From an uncultured Chloroflexia bacterium (GTDB lineage Bacteria > Chloroflexota > Anaerolineae > JAAYZQ01): DNA of 64,000 nt. Numbering within the stretch: the first letter of the stretch is position 1; each line of letters starts with the position of its first letter. Position numbers and translations under genes: made by a program. Under the pieces are notes generated by a model that saw only the letters and a list, made by a program, of their open reading frames with translations, did not search any database and had not been told where the DNA came from. Shown here piece by piece: positions 49,533 to 57,591 of the stretch. The stretch covers positions 96,001 through 160,000 of the forward strand of contig CAVOXA010000014.1 of NCBI GenBank assembly GCA_963700285.1, read 5' to 3'.

Positions 49533-49598
49533 AGTATAACGCACTGCCGGACTGTGGGCCATGAACTGCGTCACATCGTTGCTGTTAACTGGGTCACA
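49533..49598 (-). promoter_or_regulatory. CRP-dependent (class II) promoter of precursor 2 with tandem CRP boxes
   Basis: CATGA-ACTGCG-TCACA (49560-49575), TGTTA-ACTGGG-TCACA (49583-49598), -10 TATACT (49538-49533); geometry identical to precursor 1. Confidence 0.78.
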
Positions 49599-49615
49599 CT
49601 CCAGGCTAGCGCCGG

Positions 49616-49658
49616 ACAAAACGAAAGGGATGGAAACAGCAGAACCGTTTCCATCCCT
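49616..49658 (-). terminator. Intrinsic terminator downstream of the Crp gene
   Basis: AGGGATGGAAAC/GTTTCCATCCCT 12-bp stem followed on the minus strand by TTCGTTTTGT. Confidence 0.7.
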
Positions 49659-49776
49659 CACAGGCACAGCACCGTCTATTTGCTTATGACAAGATCATCT
49701 CGCGCTTCAGAGAGTGGCCGGGCTCTCCCCCCTGAGCGGCAACAGGGTTGGCGGCTTCGCAGGCGTCTCGGTCCCA

Positions 49777-50478
49777 TCAATACAGGATCCTTCTCTCCAA
49801 TCCCTGCCGGTCCAGAATCGTGACCCGATGCCCCTCGATCTCGATCAGCCCCTGGTCCCGGAAGGCGCCCAGTACCTTGTTCACCCTCTCCCGGCTGGCT
49901 GCTACCCAGGTGGCCAGCTCGGTCTGGGTCAGGCGGAGATCGATGGCGACAGTCTCATTGCCTTGCTCCCCTTCCTGTCCCTCCCGCCCGTAGCGCTCGG
50001 CCAGCTCCAGGAGCTTGGCCGCTACCCTGCCATAGACGTCGAGAAAGGACAGGCTCTCAACATAGGCAGTGGTATAGCGGACTCGGGCGCTCAGAACCTC
50101 CAGGATGCTTCTGGCCATACCGGGGCAGGATTCCAGGTGCCGCAAAAAGTCGTCTCGGCTCAGGGTCAGCGTCACCGTCTTTTCCATGGCCACCGCCCCG
50201 GCCGAACGCGGCAGGCCGTCGAGCAGTGCCAGCTCACCAAATACCTCACCGGGGCCGTAAACGTTGACCGAAATCTCCTGACCAGACTCGCTGATGATAA
50301 AGATGCGGACCTTGCCCGATTCGATGACGTACAGACTGTGGCCCCGGCCGCCCTTGTGAAAGATGATCATCCCCTTGCCAAAGGTGCGTTTCCCCAGGCT
50401 GCCGGCCAGGGTCTCCAGATTTTGGTCAGAGACTCTGGCAAAGAACGAAACGTTCCGAAGCTGATCCACCTGGGACAT
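49777..50478 (-). CDS. Crp/Fnr family transcriptional regulator, cAMP-binding type
   Basis: FGELALLDGLPRSA binding cassette; LTQTELA..SRERVNK HTH; no Fnr Cys cluster. Confidence 0.95.
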   Translation of the reverse strand: MSQVDQLRNVSFFARVSDQNLETLAGSLGKRTFGKGMIIFHKGGRGHSLYVIESGKVRIFIISESGQEISVNVYGPGEVFGELALLDGLPRSAGAVAMEKTVTLTLSRDDFLRHLESCPGMARSILEVLSARVRYTTAYVESLSFLDVYGRVAAKLLELAERYGREGQEGEQGNETVAIDLRLTQTELATWVAASRERVNKVLGAFRDQGLIEIEGHRVTILDRQGLERRILY

Positions 50479-50874
50479 TCACACCTCCCGCGCGCGCTGC
50501 AAGCGATTGGAATGCTCCTATTCTAACACACAACAGCAGAAAACAAAACCACTACTCTCATTTCCCGTGTCGCCGTGGGTCGAAGGCATCCCGCGGTCAA
50601 TCGCCCACAAAGTCTAGGGACGTCGTCAACAGCGCACAGTGGTCGCACTCAAGCTCCCGGCCTAGGGCCCAGGTCAAGAACACGACAAGCCCTGCCCGAT
50701 ACCCCACTGAATGTTTTCGAGCAGCGTCGCGCTTGAGAGAAGGCGCAGGATCGCCCCGGCGATGGCGACCACCAGGTCCAGGGCTGTGATGGCCTGATTG
50801 GTCGGATAGATGGGGTCGATAGGGGTGCGTCCCGGGGCGTTACGTCACTCGGCTTCGTCGTGTCGCACCTCTTC

Positions 50875-51481
50875 GATTGAGATTCACCTGCTGGTGTATC
50901 CACTCCGGCACCGGATAGCGGTTGAGGTGATGCTTGAGCAGGGTTAAGGGCACGATCAGTGGCACCAGCCCCTGCCGGTAGTCCTCGATGAGGCCCAGGA
51001 GTTCCTGCTTATCTTCGCTGGAGAGGTCATTCTTGAGGTAACCCATCAGGTGCTGGAGCACGTTCACATGCTTGCCCCGCGTGCCCAACACGGCGAGGCC
51101 CTCCATCAATTGAGCGCCGTACTCTGCGGTCAATTCGTCCCAGTCCCGCTTGCCCGCATCGGCGACCAGGCGGCCCATCTCAGTGTAGTGTTTGGGACTA
51201 TGGGCCATCAGCGTCATCTTGTGCGCCGTATGGAACTTGACCAGGCCACCTGGCGTCGGCTCCTCGTCTAGCATTCGAGTCCAGCGATAGTAGGCGAACA
51301 CCCGCTCGACAAAGTTCTCGCGCAGCGGCAGGTCGTTGAGCCGTCCCTCCTCCTCCAATGGCAGCAAGGGGAACCGGTTCATCACCTCTCGGGGGAACAT
51401 GCCCGTGCCGTTGCGCTCGGCCATGCCATGTGGATTGTACACTTTCACGCGAAATAAGCCTGAACTTGGCGAATCCTTCTT
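50875..51481 (-). pseudogene. 3' fragment of the DUF523/DUF1722 (YbgA-like) gene, copy D
   Basis: KKDSPSSGLFRVKVY..KHVNVLQHLMGY..WIHQQVNL; lacks N-terminus and last residues. Confidence 0.85.
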
Positions 51482-51602
51482 ATAAGACTGGACACAAACG
51501 ACAAATCCAGCTGGCCAATGAACTGACTCTGACAACTAGAATCAAGCTCCGGAGGCTCTGCGACTGAGACCTGTTACTACGCGTGGTCGGCTCCAGAGAT
51601 AG

Positions 51603-52676
51603 CTATGCCCCAGACTCAAAAACCTCTGCCGCGCGGCGCATCTTGGCGATGATATCAACATCAAATGGGCAACGCTCGAGGCACACCTCGCATTCGATGC
51701 AGTCCGATCCCGTAGCCGGGAGCGACGCATACCACTCCCGATTCGCCTGCTGGTGAAGCGGCGTAAGTCCGTAGTACTCGACGTAGTTCAGATAGTAGAT
51801 GACGCTAGGAATGGGGATGTCCTGTGGGCAGGGGAGGCAATGTTTGCAGCGCACGCACTGCCCGCGGAGCCAGTACTTGAGATCGTCGTGCAAAGGGGTG
51901 GCCCGTTTCTCCTCCGCGGATGCCGTCAGATAGCTGAGGGCCTGCCGCGTCTGATCGGCATTCCGGGGGCCGGGCACGGCAGCGGCGACTCCCTGTGACA
52001 GGACATAGTGCAAGCACTGGGCCGGCGTGATGCCGGTCGGGGTGCCATCTCTCTGCAACAGCACGCCACCGTAGTAGGGCTTCATGGCGACGACGCCAAC
52101 CCCGTACTCTGCGCAGGTCTCCAGAAGTGCGGCTCGCTCCGGGTCCCCGTGGTGTTGATACAGATTGACCGGGAACATGAGGACATCGATGAGGCCCGAT
52201 TCGATGGCCATGCGGGCCACAGCCGGATTGTGGTTGCTGAGACCGATAAAACCGATCCGCCCGTCGCGTCGGAAGCGATCCAGTCGTTCGATTCCCTGCG
52301 CCGCCCAGTTCTGCCACAACGATTCGGTATCGACCATGGTGAGCATTGCGATCTCAGCGTAGCCGTTTCCCAGGAGGCTGAGTGCCTGATCGAAGCAGCG
52401 CTGGCAGCGGTCAACCGGTTCGTGGTAGATGAACCCCCAGTGTAGGCAGAGCACCAGACTCTCGCGAAATCGGCGAATGGCTGGGCCGATAGCCTCCCAA
52501 TAACCGGCATGGCTTTCCAAGGGGTCGTTGTAGACCAGATCGATGTAGTTCACGCCCGCTGACAGGGCTAGGCCGAGCACTGCATCCATGTTCTCAGAGC
52601 TCTCGATCAGGTGCTCAGTGCCTAGCCCGATCACACCGACCTCGAGTCCTGTCCTACCCAGAGTTCTGGTTTCCAT
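51603..52676 (-). CDS. Aldo/keto reductase with C-terminal 4Fe-4S dicluster domain
   Basis: RTLGRTGLEV..IGLG, IGLSNH, AMKP; CVRCKHCLPC and CIECEVCLERCP. Confidence 0.9.
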   Translation of the reverse strand: METRTLGRTGLEVGVIGLGTEHLIESSENMDAVLGLALSAGVNYIDLVYNDPLESHAGYWEAIGPAIRRFRESLVLCLHWGFIYHEPVDRCQRCFDQALSLLGNGYAEIAMLTMVDTESLWQNWAAQGIERLDRFRRDGRIGFIGLSNHNPAVARMAIESGLIDVLMFPVNLYQHHGDPERAALLETCAEYGVGVVAMKPYYGGVLLQRDGTPTGITPAQCLHYVLSQGVAAAVPGPRNADQTRQALSYLTASAEEKRATPLHDDLKYWLRGQCVRCKHCLPCPQDIPIPSVIYYLNYVEYYGLTPLHQQANREWYASLPATGSDCIECEVCLERCPFDVDIIAKMRRAAEVFESGA

Positions 52677-52939
52677 TCTTATCGCAGATTGCCCCCTATT
52701 CTGCTCGTCCAGCTTTCCTGTCCAATGGTAGACCGTCTAGCAAGTACCGAACAGAACACCTCTGCACAAGCAAACTGACCAGATGACCATGAAGAATCTG
52801 CTTGTAGAAGCACCCGTAGCTGGAAAATTCCAGAGATCCTTCAATGCGTCTCCTGGTGGGACTCTATGACCAATTGACATTGTATCATAGTCTCGCCCCT
52901 TGAGCAAAACCACGTGTGCGGGGACTGGAATGCCACAAC

Positions 52940-53512
52940 TCAGGTGATGCTTCAGCAGCGTCAACGGCACGATCAGCGGCCCAGCCCCTGACGGTAGTCC
53001 TTGATGAGACCCAGGAGCTCCAGCCTACCTTCGGTAGGCCTTGTCATCACTGGAGAGATGGTTCTTTAGTAACCCATCAGGTGCTGGAGCACGTTCACAT
53101 GCTTTCCTCGCGTGCCCAGTACAGCCAGGCCCTCCATCAGCATAGCCCCATACTCGGCTGTCAGTTCGTCCGAGTCCCGCTTGCCCGCGTCAGCGACGAG
53201 GCGGCCCATCTCGGTGTAATGCTTGGGACTATGGGCCATGAGCGTGAGCTTGTGGGCGGTGTGGAACTTGACCAAGCCGCCTGGGGTAGGTTCCTCGTCT
53301 AGCATTCGGGTCCACCGATAGTAGGCAAAGATCCGCTCGATAAAGTTCTCACGCAGGGGCATATCGTTGAGCCGGCCTTCCTCCTCCAAGGGCAGCAGCG
53401 GGAAACGGTTCATGAGCTCGCGGGGGAATATGCCTGTCCCATTTCTCTGCGCCATTCCGTGCTCATTATACACTTTCACACGGAATAAGCCCGAACTTGG
53501 CGAATCCTTCTT
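52940..53512 (-). pseudogene. 3' fragment of the DUF523/DUF1722 gene, copy C (frameshifted, with a palindrome insertion)
   Basis: Same start point as copy D; premature stop at 53066; PLTLLKHHL remnant. Confidence 0.85.
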
Positions 53513-53627
53513 ATAAGACTGGACACAAACGACAAAAAGTCTTCATGCTAACGACCTGCATCCAAGTAATGGGAGAGGCCGAAATAGACTGAACACGTCT
53601 TATAGGTTGAGCAAAACGCAGATGAAA

Positions 53628-53972
53628 CTACATCTGTAGCCCAGATCGCAACAGGTCGATGATTGCCTGGACGATGCTCTGGAGGGTCGCTTGCGAGAGG
53701 TTACCGGCTTCGGATACCATGAGGCTGCTGCTGGCCGTGAACAGCTTGCCAGGACGTGCATAGCTTGTCACCCGAAGGGAGCCTGTATCGAAATCTGCGT
53801 CCGTAAGCTCAACGGCACGCGGGTCTGCGTACGGATTGCTGGTGATCTGGCACAGTATCCAGTCATCCCTGCCAGAGTCAGCCAACACAAGCGCAGGTCG
53901 CAGCTTGGCCTCCGACAGATCCGAGAACGGAAATGGTACAAGCACTATCGAGCCGACTGCAGGTGTGACCAT
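53628..53972 (-). CDS. PemK/MazF family toxin
   Basis: GSIVLVPFPFSDLSEAKLRPALVL, CQITS. Confidence 0.9.
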   Translation of the reverse strand: MVTPAVGSIVLVPFPFSDLSEAKLRPALVLADSGRDDWILCQITSNPYADPRAVELTDADFDTGSLRVTSYARPGKLFTASSSLMVSEAGNLSQATLQSIVQAIIDLLRSGLQM

Positions 53973-54166
53973 GCGGCATCTTCCTCTGACCTGTTCCAGT
54001 CCTTGGCCAGTGCTGCCTCGCTGAGCAAGGCCGTTTCAGACACGCCGCTTAGAGGCGCCTCCTCCAAGATTGTCACAAGTGCACGCCGCACAGCCGGCAA
54101 TCGGACTGATTCAAGCAAGCTCACTTTGCCTTGCTCGTCAATCACAGCTTCGATTGTTTTGACCAT
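53945..54166 (-). CDS. Putative antitoxin upstream of the PemK/MazF toxin
   Basis: 73-aa acidic protein ending LSEAALAKDWNRSEEDAAWSHL, overlapping the toxin start. Confidence 0.75.
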   Translation of the reverse strand: MVKTIEAVIDEQGKVSLLESVRLPAVRRALVTILEEAPLSGVSETALLSEAALAKDWNRSEEDAAWSHLQSAR

Positions 54167-54201
54167 GCCTACCCCTTTCATCGACACTGAACCCTAACCT
54201 G

Positions 54202-54230
54202 ATTATACAACGAATGGCATGGCCGGTCAA
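54202..54230 (-). promoter_or_regulatory. Sigma70 promoter of the TA operon
   Basis: Minus strand TTGACC-17 nt-TATAAT. Confidence 0.7.
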
Positions 54231-54295
54231 CCAACCGAAACAACTTCGCACGCAGGTCAAGGCTCATGTAGACAGTGATGGGTTGATCCATTGGT

Positions 54296-54424
54296 CTACA
54301 CGTGATTGCGCAGCATGAGCTCCTTGGGGTACGGATGCAAGTACGCCTGCTGGTGTACCCAATCGGGAACCTGATAGCGGTCTAGATGATGCTTGAGCAG
54401 CGTCAGCGGCACGATCAGCGGCAG
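54296..54424 (-). pseudogene. Extreme 3' fragment of the DUF1722 gene, copy B
   Basis: LPLIVPLTLLKHHLDRYQVPDWVHQQAYLHPYPKELMLRNHV* (not in ORF track). Confidence 0.85.
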
Positions 54425-54443
54425 GAGGTCCCGCTGACAAGCC

Positions 54444-54725
54444 TCACCCATCTGGGCTCGGAACTCCAGGATACACAGATTGTGGAAGGCTTCTAGCTTC
54501 TGCTGCTGCCTTCTGCAACGCAGCGGCTAGTTGCTCTGCCTGTTCGATGGTCAGCAGGAAGCTCGTCTCATCCGCCTCAAAGAGCCGCATATCCCTCGGC
54601 CCTGACTCATGGATGCGAAACCGGATTTCATCATCCCAACCTTGCTCCCGGTCCGCAGGGTCAAAGTACACTTCGACAGAAATGTTCTCGCCTGCTTGAA
54701 CGATCATGTAGACATCTCGAAACAC
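54444..54725 (-). CDS. Small acidic hypothetical protein
   Basis: 93-aa ORF directly after the DUF1722 stop; no recognisable motif. Confidence 0.55.
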   Translation of the reverse strand: MFRDVYMIVQAGENISVEVYFDPADREQGWDDEIRFRIHESGPRDMRLFEADETSFLLTIEQAEQLAAALQKAAAEARSLPQSVYPGVPSPDG

Positions 54726-54737
54726 CGCACTACCAGT

Positions 54738-55720
54738 TTAAACATGATTCCTAAGCATCAGCTCCTTTGGGTACGGATGGAGGTAGACCTGCTGGTGCAC
54801 CCAGTCAGGCACCGGATGCCGGTTCAGATGATGCTTGAGCAGCGTCAGCGGCACTATCAGTGGCACCATCCCCTGCCGGTAGTCCTCGATGAGGCCCAGG
54901 AGCTCCTTCTTGTCTTCACTCGAGAGGTCCTTCTTGAGATAGCCCATCAGGTGCTGGAGCACGTTGACGTGCTTGCCCCGGGTGCCCATCACACCGAGGC
55001 CCTCCATGAGCATGGCCCCATACTCGGCTGTCAATTCGTCCCAGTTCCGCTTGCCCGCGTCGGCGACGAGGCGGCCCATCTCGGTGTAATGCTTCGGACT
55101 GTGGGCCATCAGCGTCAGCTTGTGCGCGGTGTGGAATTTGACCAGACCACCGGGCGTTGGCTCCTCGTCTAGCATTCGCGTCCAGCGATAGTAGGCAAAG
55201 ACTCGCTCGATAAAGTTCTCGCGCAGCGGCATGTCGTTGAGGCGGCCCTCCTCCTCCAGCGGCAAGAGCGGGAAGCGGTTCATGACCTCGCGGGGAAACA
55301 TGCCCGTGCCATTGTGCTGGGCCATGCCGTGTTCATTATACACTTTTACACGGAACAGACCCGACGAAGGAGAATCCTTTTTGAACACAAAGCCGTGAAG
55401 CTCGGCGGCAGCCAGCTCTTCCACACGATTCTCGTGCCCAGGCGATCATGGCTTCCGTATGGTCAGTGCCGGACTTGGGCGCTATCAGCCGCGGATGCTC
55501 GCTGTCACCCACCAAGCGCAGGCTCTCCCGTGGGATGGGCAGCCCCATCTCTACCTCCGGGCAGACAGGCACCCACTCAACGAATAAGCCCAGCGTGCCG
55601 GTCAGATACCGGTCCAGTTTGTGCCCGCCGTCAAAGCGTACCTTTTCTCCGAGCAGGCAGGTGCTGATTCCAAGACGAATCGTCGGTCCCTCGATGGGCT
55701 TCTGCTCGACGTTTGCCATC
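54738..55720 (-). CDS. DUF523/DUF1722 (YbbK-YbgA-like) protein, full-length copy A, one frameshift near 55430
   Basis: GISTCLLGEKVRFDGGHK, VCPEVEMGLPIPRE, KKDSPSSG, PYPKELMLRNHV. Confidence 0.85.
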
Positions 55721-55770
55721 TGTTCCTCCTTCCCTGTCACGGTGCCGGCCCCATCGGGGGGCAGCTTCGT

Positions 55771-56244
55771 TCAGGGGCTTTCAGGCCGGCTATCAGCAGG
55801 CGTGCCCCACCGCTCTCGGCGACGATAGCGTCGGCGGATGGAGCGAAAGTGGACTCGAATCGGCGCCTCATCCAGCTCTGGATGGGCAGTGAAAAGAGCG
55901 CGATCGCCGTAGCGAAAGGCCTCCAGCACCAAAGGCAACTCACGTTGAAAGATGGCGTACCGCCAACGAGAGGTGCCAAAGACGAGTCCCCCGCTCACGT
56001 GACAGTACACGTGCAACGCAGGGCCGTCGTCGTCTTTGCGCCACTCAGCCAATACCTCGTCACGCATCAGGCGTGTGTACCAACTGCTGATCTGGTCCCG
56101 ATCATAGTCCGGACCGACGGTTAGGTACAGGTCGCCGGTCATGTCGGAATGAGTCAAGGTGTAGCACCGGTGTGCAATCGGGCCTTCCGCCTCCATGCCC
56201 CGGACAAAGCGCACATCCAATTTCTCAGGACGCAAGCGACTCAT
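55771..56244 (-). CDS. Staygreen (SGR) family protein, Mg-dechelatase homolog
   Basis: RCYTLTHSDMTGDLYLTVG, RDEVLAEW, LHVYCHVSGG, IFQRELPLVLEAFRYGD. Confidence 0.9.
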   Translation of the reverse strand: MSRLRPEKLDVRFVRGMEAEGPIAHRCYTLTHSDMTGDLYLTVGPDYDRDQISSWYTRLMRDEVLAEWRKDDDGPALHVYCHVSGGLVFGTSRWRYAIFQRELPLVLEAFRYGDRALFTAHPELDEAPIRVHFRSIRRRYRRRERWGTPADSRPESP

Positions 56245-56268
56245 TTGAGCACTCCCCTGGCCCAGCGA

Positions 56269-57564
56269 TCACGGATGTGCCTGGGCCGGTTCTGGAGTAG
56301 CCGCCGTTTCCTCCCTGCCCGGCAGAGGCGGATCAGGATTGATGATGAGTCGGCGCCAGACATAGATAACGACCCAGGCCATGATGACCGCGCCGACTAC
56401 GCCCGGCGCCCAAGCCCCCAGAGCTCCCAGGAGAAGGCCGCCGGCTGCTGGGCCAATGACTCGCGTTAGACTCTCGACGGACGAGGACACACCCAGGGCG
56501 CCACCCACCTCCTCGGGATAGACCGACTTGGTGATGCTACTGTTGATTACGGTATTTAGCACGCCAGCGGCAAAGGACAACGGAGCCAGGACCAGCAGCA
56601 ACCACAGGAGATTTGGTGCAAATGCCCAGCCCAGGAGCGAGACGGCCAGCACCATCACGGCGCCAAAGATCAAGCGATTCTCGGGAAAGCGTTTTGTCAG
56701 CCGGCCAATCGCCACCCCCTGGACCAACACGCTCAGCAAGCCGACATAGGCCAGGATGTAGCCGGTTCCGATCGAATCAAGCCGGAGCTGGTACTGAGCA
56801 TACAGCGCAAATACCCCCGTAAACGTGGCAAAGGCCAGGCCGTAGAAAAAGCGGATGTTCAGCAACGGGCCAAAGCGCGGTCGCTGCAGTGCATTCACAA
56901 GCTCCCGCACGCTGAGCAATGACTTTGCCGGTTGCTTGGCCAGTTCAGCCTTGATCTCGTCGGTAAGCGACTCTGGCAGCCAGAACAGAACGGCGAACCA
57001 GTTCAGGGTGGCGATGGCAGCCGCTACAAAGGCAGGAACAGCATACCGCCCCCCGGCGCTAAGCGCACCGCCCAACGCCGGACCGATGATGAAGCCCAGA
57101 CCAAAGGCTGCGCCGATGAGGCCCAGCCCGCGAGCTCGACTCTCCTCGTCGGTGACGTCGGTGATGTATGCCTGTGCAACCGAGATATTGCCGCCGGTCA
57201 GACCATCAATGATGCGACTGATGAAAAGAATAATGAGGATGATCGCATTGGTCGTCGCCACCGAACTGTCACCGGCCAGTGCCCTTCCTAGCGGCTCGGC
57301 AAGCCCCAGCAGCAGAAAGCCGGCCACCGTGCCGGCAATGCTGATCAGCAGGATGGGCCGCCGACCGTAACGGTCAGAGAGGCGGCCCAGGACCGGTGCG
57401 CCAATCAACTGCGCTGCCGCATACGAGGCAGCCAAAAGGCCAACGACAAAAGGCGCAGCGCCATAAGCCTCGGCATAATACGGCAGCAGCGGCAAGATTA
57501 AGCCAAAGCCCAACAAGTCAACAAAAACGATGATGAATACAGTAATGAGACGTCTTTTGTCCAT
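56269..57564 (-). CDS. MFS transporter, TetA/DHA1-like
   Basis: DLLGFGLILPLLP, GRLSDRYGRRP, AFGLGFIIGPALGG. Confidence 0.92.
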   Translation of the reverse strand: MDKRRLITVFIIVFVDLLGFGLILPLLPYYAEAYGAAPFVVGLLAASYAAAQLIGAPVLGRLSDRYGRRPILLISIAGTVAGFLLLGLAEPLGRALAGDSSVATTNAIILIILFISRIIDGLTGGNISVAQAYITDVTDEESRARGLGLIGAAFGLGFIIGPALGGALSAGGRYAVPAFVAAAIATLNWFAVLFWLPESLTDEIKAELAKQPAKSLLSVRELVNALQRPRFGPLLNIRFFYGLAFATFTGVFALYAQYQLRLDSIGTGYILAYVGLLSVLVQGVAIGRLTKRFPENRLIFGAVMVLAVSLLGWAFAPNLLWLLLVLAPLSFAAGVLNTVINSSITKSVYPEEVGGALGVSSSVESLTRVIGPAAGGLLLGALGAWAPGVVGAVIMAWVVIYVWRRLIINPDPPLPGREETAATPEPAQAHP

Positions 57565-57591
57565 CCTACTCCTCCCTGTTTGCCCCCTTGT

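Noticed and set aside
42637-50478. Pycsar/CBASS-type anti-phage system
   Set aside because: No intact cyclase or recognisable cell-killing effector; CRP-regulated precursor peptides fit signalling or RiPP biology better
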